Assembly (NCBI RefSeq): GCF_003704095.1
Contig: NW_020847331.1
Coordinates: 434,001-498,000, forward strand
Origin: Pocillopora damicornis
Taxonomy: Eukaryota
Direction: 5' to 3'
Length of the DNA stretch: 64,000 bases
The number at the start of each line of letters is the position of its first letter. Position 1 is the stretch's first letter. This document shows, piece by piece, positions 10,580 to 25,500 of this stretch. Under the pieces are notes generated by a model. That model saw only the letters and a list, made by a program, of their open reading frames with translations, was not told the DNA's origin and ran no database searches. Made by a program: the position numbers and the translations under genes.

Positions 10580-13500
10580 ATGGTGCGTTTACGAAAAGGA
10601 AAACACAAAACGTGGCGAAAAGGCCAAAGCTGCGAGTCAAATCCGGCAACGAGAAAGTACAGAACGGCAGCAAAGAGAGGAAGCATCACAGGTCGTTCAA
10701 CTCAGAATTCTAATTTAACTGTTGAAGCTCTCGCTAAACATGAAGAAAGACACGATGACGATGGCGACGTGGAGCTTAAAGAGGACGAAGGATTCAGTGT
10801 GAAGAGTGGACAAACGTTTGGTGCTTTCAGCATTAGTGGCTTAACGGACTGTTCCAATCCTGTGTTTGCTACTGTGAAGAGATTTTGGGATTCTCCTTCA
10901 TCACAACACAAAGAGGTCAGTTGAAAGCGTTTTGATTTAAGCTTCTTCCATCGAAAACTGGCTCTAAAATCGGTAAATATACATATCGGGGAACTGAGAC
11001 ATATTTTTGTTTCACCTGGGCTTTTATTCCTACAGTGATCATGAGGTGACTGTAGTGTGATTTAATGTCTTATGTAGTCCTGCAGGGAAGGACTGTTGTC
11101 AATGACAGGGTCCGAAATTTTCAGAAATTGAATACTTAAGTTATAGGAAAATCAATCAATGTCACTGTCAACTCTTCTTTACAGTACGACTCTCACCAGG
11201 ACAATTATATATTGCAGTTCACTCCAACTCTCATGTTCCAACCATTCATAAAATAAATGGTCTGTGGTGCAGTAATTAGATAATGGCATGATATGTGACT
11301 CACACTGTCTATAGACTGTATGATTTTATGCCACCATCTGCATTGGTGCACATACTGTAAGATTTTAAGCTTTTAATTAATGGTGTAAAATCACTCAGTA
11401 TGTATGTATATCAACTGGAAGAACATCATTAATAGTTAAGGGCATATAATCTTACAGTATGTACATTACCAACTGGAATAAAATTGCATCATAAGTTACT
11501 GGCATAAAATCTTACAGTATATAAAACACCAATTGAGCCAAATTATGCCGTTAGTTACTGTTATAAAATGTTACAGGATATATACATTACTGACTGAAAG
11601 AAATTCCACTGTTAGTTAATGGCGTAAAATCTTACAATATGTATATATTACAACTGATTGAAATTACACATTTGGTTACAGGCATAAAATCTTTCAGCAT
11701 GTATATATGCCAAGGGAATGAAATTATGCGATTAGTTACTGGCATAAAATCTTACAGTATGTAAATAAAGACTGAATGAAATTACACCGTTAGTTACTGG
11801 CATAAAATCTTACTGTATATATATAAATTACCAACTGGAAGAAATTACACCATTAGCTAACAGTGTAAAATCTTACAATATACATATGTATATGTATTTA
11901 TATATAAATATACCATCTCAATGAAATTATGCTATTAGTTACTGTTGTGAAATCTTACAGTATGAAAAACACCAACTAAGCCAAATTACGCTATTAGTTA
12001 ATGGCATAAAATCTTACAGTATGTAGATATAACAATTGAAGGCTTAATTGACAAGGCCTTTTGTAGAAATTTCAGGAAGTTAAGTGAAAGATGAACTCAC
12101 TCACTGTATTTTCATGGAGAGAATATTATTATTATATAGCTGAAGTGAATACCTAACAAAAGAAAAGTTTTAAACATCGCTGTGCATTACAGGCATGCTT
12201 TGTGTGTGCATGACACATGATTGTTTTTAGGTCTGGATTGTCTTATTACATAAAAGCAAGTTCAGATTTGTGTGTTATGAGCAATACAAGAAAGTTCATG
12301 GATAAATTAATTTTCCTTCCAGGTTTGTGCTGTTTTGGCTGCAGTCACTGAGGTAAGATTTTTGCAGAATTATTTTATTTTATTTTCACACAATATATAT
12401 ATATATATTTTTAAAATTTGAGGCATTTGTGAATGGTAAAGGCAAACATTGCCCAATGAAGGTTTAAAACATGGTCTCTAATGAGACAGTCATTAATGCA
12501 CAGAGTAAATTTTTACTGTAGGGGAATTTTTGGTGTACCTGTGGTCAGTGGTAACTGTATCATAACAGATATATAAAATTAAATCCATTTTTTAATTCTG
12601 TAGGTTATCAAATCAAAAGGTGGCAAGGAATCTGAAACAGAGTATTTTGCTGCCCTGGTATGTTAAATTCTATTGTTTTGGATATGCATGTCATGATAAA
12701 ACTCATACAGAAAATAATTATAAGTTGTTTGTAGTTGTGAATACGAAAATTTGATAATGGTAGTGGTCATTGCTTTAACAGTAGGTGATCTAAGTTTACA
12801 GTGTAGGGTATTACCTAATAAAATAACTTTAAGTTCTCATGCATTCAATTCAGCCTTCTGAGAATGTCTCATGTAAAGCATACTGATAAATGGTGTATAT
12901 TTAAGGAGTTGATGTCCCTTTTTAAGTCATGGTTATGCAATGAATGACTTATTGCTGTCTGCTGGAGTGTGGAGGAAAAACTGGTGTAAATTTCCTTTGT
13001 AACCAGGCAATTTTATATTAAATTTTAGTTTATATTGAATTTTGGTCAGCAAGTGCATTCACAGTTCTGCACATATATTATACTGTTTGTGATAGAGGAA
13101 GAATATCCACACATGGTTATGGTTTATTGCTGTTGTTTTGTCACTCGCTCATTTTATGGTCTCTGAAGACCAAATGAAAATAACGAAAACAGACCAGCTG
13201 GCAAGGATGAAGAATGACCAACCTATAATGAGCAAAATCTCCCAACAAACGCCTAAATATACAAAGAAAATCTAATCATTAAAATGTTGAGACTAAACAG
13301 TAACTGTTGGTTTTCTCAAAGTTAAAAATCCAATCAGTACAGAGTAAGGAACAGAATGTTTGTACTGATGTTTTTTTCCATCCTTTTTGTTTGAAGATGA
13401 CTGCCTTAGAGTCAGCTGATGAGATGGAAGCAAGAGTAGCAATAACATTTTTGTTGAGTTTGGTTATTAAAAGGTATGAAATTGAGTTATTGAATGTACT

Positions 13501-16500
13501 GAATGATGCTCGTAAAGGGTAAACACTGATTTATTGATAGGTATTAACCAGTTGGGGACATATTACTTTATTCACAATATGTTATTAAAAATATTGGGCT
13601 GTGAATACAAGAAAGTCATATATTTGAACTGCAGATAAAGATGTGAATATGAAAGTGATCTTCACAGTTATGAACACTACTTAAGCAGTAGTGAAAAGAA
13701 GGCCTGAAAAAAATTCAGGCCTGTATGGGATTTTAACCCATAACCTTATGCAGTGCTCTACCAACTGAGCCAACAAGCCAACTGGGAGCTGGTCACTGTG
13801 TTGGTTCCAAATAAACCCATGAAGCAGTGAATAAACATCTGTGAATATATGAAAGTCATATATTTGAACTGCAGATAAAGACGTGAATATGAAAGCAATC
13901 TTGGCAGTTATGAACACTACTTAAAAAGTAGTGAAAAGAAGGCCTGGTAAAACATTCAGGCCTGTACGGGATTTGAACCCATGACCTTATTATTAAAAAT
14001 ATTGTTATTAATTTGAAGTTTTCATAAGCTTTTATCTGTGGCAGTTCAAAATGTAACAAGATGTATCGACAATAGACATTAGTAGAAATGATTGTCTCAT
14101 TAAGTTGAAGGACAAAACTTCTTTGCAAATTTCAAAACAAAATCTCTTTTTTTTCTCTCACTCTCTCATTTTTTTTTTCAGTGTCCCTGATGCTATTCTT
14201 CAATCAAAATTCTCCAAGTCTTGTCAAGTTCTTGTCAAGATAATGGCATCTCATGCTGCTGATGGAACCCCAGGACTTCTTAGACCTGTTAGTAAAGTGT
14301 TCAGTGTCACTTTTCAATGCAAAATATATCTTTGTAGAACAAACTCAGGTTCCAAACACCACTTGCATTACATTTCATTATTACAAATAGGACTGAAACA
14401 GTGTCCACATAATTTAATCATATTTATTAATATCAAAATGTACAGGGTTTTTGTAACATGTACATTATGAAGGAGGTAAATGTCCTTTTTGTTCTTAGGA
14501 CTTGGGACCAAGTGTATGTTTCATTCGTGGTTTGTTGTCTTCTTGATGGCATCTTGACTTTATAACTGAAGTGGCCTGCAAAATTCAGCTACAGACTAGG
14601 CAGTAAAGTCCTTGAGCTTATGTACATAGTGTATACAGTATAATATTGTACTAACCTTTTTCATGTATTGAAAAGTGCAATTTCACATCATGTCTCATCA
14701 TGAGACATTGTTTTGCTACTACTGTTAAATAATTACAGTATACTTGAAGTTTAACATGGGGATGTACATGTATCCTTAGAAGTGATGCAAGAGAATTGTT
14801 TCTGTTTTCTGTCCCAGCTGCTTGCCTGTCTGTGCAGATTACTCAGTGTTCAGGAAGGGGCTGTTTGGTCAGAATCATCAACAATAACGACCTACAATGG
14901 AGTATTGAGCTTTATGGTTCATAATAAACCAAAGGTGAGGGAAAGGAAAATTGTTGACTGAATTAACCCCTTACCACCTTCATTTTGTGCAAATGAGAGT
15001 CAACTGATGTTAACATAGAACTTATTGGACATGTCCTACATGTATATGGGACTCTCAGAAACGATCATCTCTCTGACCCCAAGAGTGACTTGCAACTAAT
15101 TTCTTTTTACAATCTCACCCCAGAATCATTCACTAAGGTTCCAAGAATAAAGGAAATGACCAGCAACTAAAGAAGCTCTTGATTGTTAAAACAAATTCTC
15201 CCGGTCAGCACTTAAGGAAACATTATAGAGAACAGTACGGAGAATATACACACTGATGTTAGGGTGTTAGGGGTTAACTTGTTACTTCCCAATATATCAG
15301 TTAGTTAACCCTGGTACCTGTAAAATACATTTGTTGAAGATGTGGATGAACAAACTAATTACAGTGTAGCAAGAAGTTGTTTTCCTAATATAACACCATA
15401 AAAATAAAATTCCTGTTCATGCACAGTTTTTTATAATTCCCAGCCATCTGTTTGTACTGCAGGTCCGAAAAGCAGCACAGGAGGCAGTTAAAGTACTGTT
15501 AGAGAAGCCACCAGGAGATATGACACATCACCCTGCTTGTGGGGCAACAGCTAAATTCTGTGTTCAACAAATCGAAGAAAATGGAGGTATGCATATCTAC
15601 TTGTACGGCATGATGATTAATTTATCAATTACTGTATGTCATAATATTGCCTTAGTGTGAGAAAATTGCAAAAAGACTATTTTAGCAGGAATGGACTGAC
15701 ATTTTAGTTTCCTCAGTGGACATCTTTATCATCAGAGTTTTAAAAATGTAGAGTTGTTGAAACTGTAAATCAAATGTTGTGTGCCTGGTTAGTGAAGACT
15801 TCCTTAATAGGGTTCACCTGCTACACAGTCACCTGCATGGTCTGTACCTTATACAATAAAGTGCATTTAAGTCCAGGTACTGATGTAAGAACATTGCATC
15901 AAGCAAAACATTACATCCAGCAGTAATGTTTTAACCTGTTGAGTTTATTGTATCCCAATTCAATCTCTTTATTCTTGTATGGCCTCTCCTCTCAGGGTCT
16001 TCACAAGGTACAGCCACCACTTTACACATCATTGGTATTCTAAAGGAAATACTCCCTTGTCTTCCTGTACAGGTTTGTATCGTTAAATTGTAGGGATTGT
16101 AATGTTACTGAATTTTTTTTAGTGGGTCAGATTTAAAGTTCCATAAAAATTCATTGTCATTCTTAAATTTTACATAAAACACAAAAATTGATCATAATGT
16201 GCAGTGATTGACTTTATTGCCATTTTAGGGAATTAGTTGGTGGCAAAATACACAAGTTGTTTTAGTCAGTAAAGTTATGGCTCCTTGTCAAGGTTCTTTG
16301 TTTTTAGAAGTTTTTATTTGATTTTGTAGTGCTTCTTTAACTCGTATTCAATATTTTCAAATCCAGCCGCAAATTAAATTTGATAAAAGTCAAGGTTGTA
16401 TTGTCAGGTTTGGGGAGGGAGAGCCAAACAGCAATACAAACATGGGGAATGAAATTTAGAATCCAAAGACTTTTGCTCTGAGTGTGCCTATATTTAAGTA

Positions 16501-19500
16501 TAAACTAAAGGGCAGTACACATGTACAGTATGTGTACATGTACTGCACCTTCAAATATAACTGCACAAAGATTGCATGAATTGAAATTATTATTATGGTT
16601 TTAAAGTACAGAACCCATCTTTAGCAACAAGCTTAATAATTTGAATTTTTTACTCTTTAACTCCCAAGATTCCATTAGTGATTCTCCTTACTGTCTCCTA
16701 TACAATTCATTTGATGTTAGTTTGGAGAATTTGAAATTGGATCAACCAATAATCCCCTTATTTATATTTTTTCTTTATTCTCATTACTTGTCTGCTTGCT
16801 ATCATACTGATGGTGTAAGGAGAAATTCTGTGTAGGTCGCTGGTGGGACTTAAAGGGTTAAAATGTTTTTTCCTTCTTTTCAAAGAATGTGAAGACCATT
16901 TGTGAGTGCCTTTTAAAGCTGATGACATTAGGAAATGTGGTATGTCTTATAGAACGCTGTACTTGTACTTGCATTACACTGTTAGTACTGTGTTGCAGTA
17001 ATTCAAAGTTCAAAAACTCTGTCTGCTTCTCCTCTGGCTCATGTAATAAGATGTGTGTTTCTTTTTTTTCCAGATGGTGACAGTGAATTCTCTTCAAGCC
17101 ATTTATAAGCTGCTCTGTGCAAACCCAGACACCACAACACTGAGCAAGCAGCTTAATGCTCAGCTAATCAATGTAAGAAGAAAGAGTACAAATTGTTATA
17201 ATTTAAGCAAATTTTTACTCAGCGATAAATACAGCAAGGATTATTTTGTTTGGTGAAAGAACTGTTGAGGTAGTGTTCAAAACTTAGTGTCAAAAATAAA
17301 CCTGGTTTGCATTAGAGTTGTTTTACTTTGTCCTGTTATACTGAAAACTTTGCACCACCTTGTCAACCAACTGTATGCAAACCTAAAATCCATTGAGATC
17401 AAGGTCACTTGCTATTTTCCAGCATCTCAGTTTCAGTTTTCATCATGATGCCATACTTCTTTTTCGTAATAGCCATATTGTACTTTGGTTTTGGCTCTCA
17501 ACACTCAGTTGAGAACTGCACTGAGTAGCAAATAAAATTTGCAATGTAAGTCATTAATTTTTTGAAACATCATGCATTTCTTGTATCAGGCTCTATATGA
17601 TTACCAACCTAGTGTCAATGACAGCAATCCATCACAAGCTTGGATTTCAACTATGGAGAAGGCTTATGTTAACCTCGCGAGGTATGAGTGTGAACCATAG
17701 GGTCTATAGATCTTGAAGTGCAAATGCTGTAAATTTGGAAAAGATTTACTGTAGCTCTTTTCATTATGCATGAAAATGGTTCTGGTAATGCTATCTTAAT
17801 TACATGTAGACTCAATAGTGTAATTTGCATTTGTGACGTTAAAGCATCGGTGTATAGCTAGTTGTTAAATTTTGTGCTCTTACTGCTGGAAAAATGAAAG
17901 AAATGACAAACCAAAGGGGCTTCTAAAAGGGAGGGAGGGAGGAAGCAATTCAGAGCTTCAAGATACAGTAACATTTGGTACTTGTACATTGTATATCAAC
18001 CTTTTTATGTATTTCCTTGCAGATTAGATGCTACTCTTTGCTACAACCATCTGCCAAGATTTTTTTCTTCGTTGATGAGTTACTTTCTATCAGATCAACG
18101 AGTTCTCTCAAAAGCTGCACAGGACACAATGAGTGTAAGTACTTCCACCTAAATGTGAGTCTTTCTTCAGCCACTTTTAGAGTAATCTTAGAAAGATTGT
18201 TTTCCTCCCAAACGGTGTATGCACCCTGGGTGTTAGAGGTCCTTCTCCAAATGGGTGACCAAAACCTCGAAGATACTGGTACATGTAATTGTTCCAGTGA
18301 GTGCGTGTACATGATTGTACAACTGTGTGTACTGGAAATTTCGAGAAAGTGAAACTTCTATTATTGAAGAAATGAATTTTTGAAAATACAGTACAGCTCA
18401 GAGGTAGATGGCCAACGCACATGCAAAACCTTGAGTGCGTTATTCAACGCAGTCAGCTTGCTTTTTTCTGCACTGTTTCGGAGTTTCTTGTTTCAAAATG
18501 CCGCCGCCAAAACATCGAATCAACATTTTCAAATCTCAACAATTAAAGGATGCAATGGCTGCCGTTTCAACCAAACGTTGAAATGACTTTTCATGATTCC
18601 ACTAATATTTCGTATAATATGTTTGCGAGTTTTTAAGATGTGAACAATAAACTTAATGCACTTTTTTTCTGGATGATGTAAGATTCCAACCTGGGATCGT
18701 GAAAGCTTTGTTCTAAGAATTTAAATTCATTGTAGAATGATGGGACTCGATCGAGAAGTTGGCTAAATCGACTGACGCCCGTACGTCATGTTTACTCTCA
18801 TTCGACGCGAAAGCATTTCTCAGTTTTCGTTCCAATAATATGTTATTGTTTCTTATAATTCGTTTCACGTTTTGAGTTTTCGTGTATGGTCAGGGTTTTA
18901 ACTTATCCCTCAAACGTCAGAGAAGCCTGTTAAGATAAAATTACATTTCCCTCGCTGAACCAAAACCTGGCTAGATGAAAATTTCGATGAGTTTTTGGGG
19001 TACTGAGTGAGACTTCTGTGTAGTTTAAAACAAAGATCTCAAAGCATAAATTCTAAGCCACTATTGTGTACAAAGATCAATGGCGTGTATGTATCTTTCG
19101 AGATGGAGTTTCGGCTCTTGCTATCTGATGTTTTGAACTAGAAAGTGACTGTATCCACTTTCTTATATATGCAGATTTTACTTCAAGAGTGTCTTGCTCC
19201 AGTTGCTAAAGAAGTCTGTGCAGAGATCACCAAATCTTCGGGTGCAAGCGCTACCCCGTTACACAAAATTATAAAGTGAGTGTCATCCTATGTCAGTGTA
19301 GCGTGCTATGACATTCAATAGGCCATTTCTGATGTATTAAAAATTCTAACGTGGCTCCGAGGCTAGAGGAAATAAAACAAAATAAATTAATTATTCTTCT
19401 CTCAATCTCAAAGTGATTTCTTTTGTTTAAGTCCCCCAAGCCTCGGAGCCAAGTTTGAATTTTAGTATATCGAAAATGGCCAGTTGGAGGAGTATGGTCA

Positions 19501-22500
19501 CTACCACTACAGGTTCTTTCTTACTGTCACAAACAAAGAAGACCAGAAATTATTCTTTCACATCACAAAGTATTTTTCAATTGAGTGTCCAAAGTATCCT
19601 GGGACTGAATTGGTGTTGCTTTACTTCTCTCTGTGATTGGCCTAGAAAACTCGCGCCACTCTCTCAACCAATCAGATGCAAAACTAAACAATCACGACTT
19701 GGTCACGTGTGTTTTTCCGTGCTTTAAGTAGTTTGGTTGGTGTCACATTGAGTTCTCATTGGCTCTTAAAGATCTTTTGATTACTCTGGTTTTGGGTTTT
19801 ATGACACTCAATTGAAAAGCGCTCCAATTTAGAAACATAGTAGGCAAAACCTAATTAATAAGTGGGCATTAAGAATTGTTAGTTTCCTTGGTAGTCTCTG
19901 GTTTCTGGTTTCTTGTATTAGACAAACTGAGGGTTAGCCACTTCATTAAAAGAGGCAATACTCTGTCGTTAGCCATAGCATCGAAATGAAATGCTTTATC
20001 TTTCTCTAGATGCATAGAGTCAGGTCTTCAGTATCGTTATCAAGGATCATGGTCTGTGATTTTAGAGGTTGTCAGAGTCTCATTCGAGGTGAATTTCTCC
20101 TTCTGAGTTTGTCTGCCTGTTAATATGTTTAAAGGGGTTAAGTTTTTACAGAAACTGTGTGGCAGCGTCGGTGGGGGAGTATAAAAAGGTAATTTTGGTT
20201 TTAGCAACTGATTTGATAATGTATAATGGCCACCAATGGATTTTCAAAGCTGACTTTTCGAGCGTTTGCCCTTCGTCAGAACGAAGTTTATTTGTTTGTT
20301 TGTCTAACTTGTTTTATTTACCTCTACACAAAACTCTAATGCTACAGTACTTCTTGTTGTTGACTTGTACACGTACATCTAGGTATAGGCCTTCTCTGTT
20401 ATCAATTTAAACATTCCTATACGAAGTACAAACAACTGAGTCTCATCTTTTCAACAGGTCCTAGGGAACCAGTGCCCAAAATTGCTAAGAAAGGTGAGCT
20501 ATTCAGTTAAACCAGTCGCTTGCTAGTGCGTGTGACTGGTTTTGTTTCGAGTCATTTTCATTGTGATTTTACTTACAATGATTCAAACTCGTAGGAACTC
20601 TAACCATTTAATGTACTACGTGTACCTGGGAAGTTTGAATTGTGGGGAGTCATCTTTATTTTTCTATTCTTGTCATGCTTATGAGTGAAAATCCATCACA
20701 GTCATCATTAGTTTCTGATGTAATATATAGATTTAGACAAACCTAAAAGCGGAGCTCGCATTTTTTTTTTCCCGCACGTCCCTTCAACAAAACTAAAGCC
20801 CCTACTATGGATAAAGTGGATTTTTATTTGCAACTTCTCCGTGTCCGTGTAGAGGACTGATTATAAAATAGTGCCCATGGTACAGTTGGTCGCGCATGCT
20901 AAAAGTAGCACCTTGTACAGTCGGTCGTACGTCCCAATTTTTTCGGCTTGATGGGTTACTACTATTTTGTATAATTATGGGGCTACGCTCTGCGAGCTCC
21001 GCTATTACTGTACTCATGCATTTTTGTTCATATACATGCGACTTTTTATTTTTCGAGAAATAACCACTTGGCTGAAGGCCCTTGTCCCAGAAAACCAGGG
21101 TGCTCAGCTTTTAGAAATTTTATCACAGCAAATTCACTCACGTTGTTAAAAGACATTAGTTACTGGCCCGTGACAATTGCTATTTGCAAGAGGGCAGCCT
21201 TATCATGCAACCCATTTTAAATGGTGTATGTTCCTTTCTTGAAGCTTCTAGTTTCCCTCTGTGACTTGCGGGGCACACATCAATTCCCTTATGTCAACAA
21301 GTTGGACCGAGCCGTCGGCATGGCTATACAGAAAATGGGACCAAGGTACAGTGGTAAAACCACAGCTCTTAGTGTTTCAGAGATCTGTTTAGTAACCTTT
21401 CCTGCTGGCTGCTGAGCTAGGAGATTGGTTATAAGAATTTTTTGTGATTGAGCCTATTTCGTTTGAGTGTCGAAAAAGTAATCGCAACAGCCAACCAGAG
21501 GAAATTAAAAATATCTCAAGAGCCAATAATAAGTGAAAGCAAAGTTGAAACCTGTAAAGCGATTGAATCGAGGGAAAACGCGGGTGATCGAGTTGGGATT
21601 GGTTTTAAACTGGATTGGTTTTAAAGCTTGATTGGTCGGGAAAGTGGCGGAGTTTTTGGACCAATCACGTACCAAGGAAGGCAAAATCAAAGTAGTCTCG
21701 GGTTAACAAGGTAATTTGGTATTATCAACTGAGTTGTTAACACCAAATCACTTGTTATACTCTCTCACCGACGCAGCACCACAGCTTTTTTAGGAACTTA
21801 CCCCTTCATTCATTAGTGTCGGATTTCTCTTTATACTAGAAAATTTCTCCATCGAGGTATATGGAAAATACTGCAGCTGTACACTGTATCACTATTGTAA
21901 TAAGAGTTTTGCATGGTGAATGGGCAAGTAAAAGTCACAAAGTTTTCAGCTTTCACATTAATCTTATCGTCTTGGCACACTGTATATAGTTACTATACAC
22001 TTTGTGAGCTTGATGAGGCAATTGTTCAAGATACGTTTGAGTAGTCTTACGGTTACTTTTTCTGTTTCAGGGTTGTTTTAGAAGCTGTGCCTCTTCAACT
22101 CGACAAGGAAATGTAAGGAGAGACTAAAGATATTTACAGCTGAACACATGTTAAAACAATACATCTTATTCATAAAGAGATGTACATGAACCACAATGTA
22201 TTGTTTTTCAAGTTGACAGTCATATCGTATTCAACGAAGTAAAGTAGCTAAAGCTCTGAATACAATTTTGAATGTCGGTGATGGAGAACTATTTGCCCGA
22301 ATGTGAAAAAATGTTCAGTAGTTTTAGAAAAGCTTACTACATTATAGATTTTCATGTTTCCGAACGGTTTTTTTTTATCTCATTGTGGGGGCTAAACCTT
22401 GAGGTAAGGAGATGAAAATGAGCAATTTTTACTCTCTCTTTATGGGATTCAGTTTTTCTGTATTGGCTCTCATTCTTCTCTGCGCCTAGGCCTGCTCCCG

Positions 22501-25500
22501 CGCCTTAAGAGCTCCCGGTGTGTCTGGCTTACTTTGTGCGTGTTCGTGAACAGTTTTTGTGTTATCCGTTCTCCCTAAACTTTGAGGCTGTTTTTTCTCT
22601 TACGGTCCTGCTGGACGAGTGTGGGGAAAAGCGAACGCATCATTAGAAAATGAAAGGGAATGAAATATTTTGTCTAGTTCTATCTAATATCGTCCATATC
22701 TCTTCGCCCGAAGCTGTCCCTCCAAACTTAAAGAATGAGAAACAGATGAATAGCAATTCTCTCAGCTCTCATCGTCCACTCCTTGCAATTGATTTATTTC
22801 AGAATTGACATTAGACATTATTTTTACTTTCATGTTCCAGAGGTGGACCTTGCAACTTTCCACGCAGCTGGCTTCTGCCTGTTTTGAAAGATAACATCAA
22901 AGACACCGAGTTAAAATACTTCTTTGAAGTTTTGCTGCCACTGTCAGCTGATCTGAGGGCCAAAGGTATGACAGCTTCTTACATATGTCGTAAAACACCC
23001 GCCGCACTGCTTTTGAAATAAATACAGCACTCTGACAGTACAGGAACAAGCAGGACGTCCTTGATTTTGTACACATTTATTCTTTCCGAAAACCTGAATA
23101 ATACTTATGGCGACTTCCAAAGAGTCCAATCCAGACGTTTACGTGACTGCTTCCACTTGTTAACCGTTAAACCCGTAAGAGTGATTGGCGTCCTATTTCT
23201 CCTAACAGAGGAGTTTCCTTTAAGAGAGATTCACGTGTATAATTTTTTCCTTTTAGCTACAACTCTCAAGGAAGCAGGGAAACTACTCGAGAGTAAAGTA
23301 TATGACACTTTGCAACTACAGGTAAAAATAAAAACCAAAAAAGTGACGTATTGGCTACACTTAAGGACTCCTTTCATTGTACTCGTTTATAAGCATGTAA
23401 ATGTTCCTACCTGATCTCATCGACTTGTGTAAAATCAACATTCCTTGTCCCGCGCTTGCGGCAAGACTATTGGCATTTTTTTTTTCTTTATTGTATAAAA
23501 AATATGCAGAAAAAAATTGAATCGTCCCTAAAAATATCAAAAGGAAACAAAAGTGGGTAAAAGGAAAACTGAGGAATATTCGAAGAAAAAGTTTATTTAA
23601 AAACGAGTATTTTGTGCTGCTTACTTAATATGTAATGAACCGCTTTAGTTTGTACTTGTGGGATAACCTGATAATGATACATGTATATCTTTTTTTCAGA
23701 TATGGGCTCTTTTACCAGGATTTTGCACTCGACCGACCGACATATGCCTGGTAGAGTTCATATTTCTACTCAGATTTTTTTTACTTAAGCCATTCGTGAT
23801 AGGAAACCATGCCATTAATATTTACACGTTACTGATCGAACGAATATAAGATTTTTAATACAGCTAAATCTTTCGAAATCAATTTCCTTTGCAGTCATTC
23901 AAGTCTGTCGCTCGAATATTGGGCACGGCCCTTACAGAGAGAGCAGACTTACGTTCAACAGTGTGCCAAGCTTTGAGGCTGCTTATTTCCAAGGTGTCGG
24001 ATGGTAAGGCCATCACTTGAAATTCTGGTTTTTTTTTATCATATCTTAGATGTGTAGATGTACAATGAGAAGATATCGTGTTGAAATTTCAGCCCCTTGG
24101 AGGTAAAGGCATTCTCACGTATTTTAAAACGAGACGTGCCCCTCGGAAACCAGTCGCTTCGCACGAAAAGCGACATACAAGAAGGTAACGACGTATGTTA
24201 CCTTGTTTTGAGGCGAATAGCAGGGCTCGGTTGTTTAAAAAGCATATACATTGCTAATCCAGCGGATAGGAGTTTTAAAAGCTAAGTAACTTTTCGATCG
24301 GATAGAGATTTATCCAGTGGATAGGGTTTTCCAGCCTGTAAACAACCTGGGCTAGGTTATATGAGTTTGTTGTTGTTCCCGTTTTGTTTTACCCTATCGT
24401 TATATTTGTTTTGTATGGATTTTTTCCCGTGAGACCCTGTGGCCCAATGTAAATTGCGTTGAGCTGCTGATCAAAAAGGGTTGGATCTTAGGAAGGACAT
24501 TGTGTTGTGTTCTTAAGCTGGACCGGCGCAGCTGTCACACATGGGTTTAATGGGTACCATTGAATAGTGGCAGGAACCACGACAAAATAGTGGGGAAGGT
24601 GGAGGGGTAGGGGCTAGTATTTCATCTTTGAGGAATGATGATACTCCTTGTCACTGTGGGATCAGCTATGATAACCACACGAGTCATTCTTTATCTGATG
24701 CAGACCCTACCTCAACTTTGTTATGCAAAGGTAACAAATCGCTAATCATACTTTCTTTTTGCTGCAACTTTCAGATGCAAGCAAAAAGGAGTTATCCCAA
24801 TACTCAAAGAACTACCTTCCAATCCTGTTTAACTTGTACACTGCGGAAGACAATGAAGGGGATGCTGATAAACTGGCAATACTGGAGACAATCAGAGTTT
24901 ACCTGAGCATAACAGATCACAAAGTTAGTAACTTGCCTTCTATGGTACTCTATTTGCCAAACCGCATCGCAAGGAAGGATAAGACAAAGTTCGTTTTCCT
25001 TGTGTTAAAAAAAAATAGCGAGTTACTCTTGCACTGTAAATGCGCTGGATAGAGAAGGAGAAGAACAATTTATAGATAGCAAATTAGCCAAAAAGCAAAA
25101 GGAATCATGCAAGACTCTTGGGGTTGGTTATTGAAACGAGGTCTAATTTGGGCCGTACTTTTTGACAATCAATGGAATTCGAATATTTCTTATAGGTGGG
25201 GTTTTTGAAGTAATTAGATCTCTCTGTTTTAATAACCAGCCCTTGGTTCCCCTAAACTTGCACACAAGGAAAAGCCTGGTAAAGAGTGTTTTCACAAATT
25301 ATCGCGTTTCTCGTTGCGCGGGCTAAGGTGCATGCAAAATCTTGCTCGAAAGACAAGAAACGTTGCTCGGTGAAATTTTAAAATAAATTCACAACTTATG
25401 ACATAAGACCCAAATGAACATTCTCTCCCCTAGAATTACATAAACACATTTAATGTTCGGACGAGCCATAATAAAATCCTGTTACTTAAAACTTGTCCTC

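Noticed and set aside
11375-12040. CRISPR-like periodic array
   Set aside because: Whole units are homologous with no unique spacers, the context is eukaryotic and there are no cas genes. It is a minisatellite.
13156-13196. GGUCU-CUGAAGA...GAAA..AGACC hammerhead-like string
   Set aside because: No helix II and no NUH cleavage triplet.
13700-13790. tRNA gene
   Set aside because: A and B boxes are present, but the anticodon arm is deleted and the sequence is embedded in a repeated SINE unit. The same applies to 30415-30500, which lacks a proper acceptor stem.
24635-24698. Box C/D snoRNA (ATGATGA...CTGA, 76 nt from the acceptor)
   Set aside because: It lies within the decayed SINE tail, has no terminal stem and has no recognisable guide.
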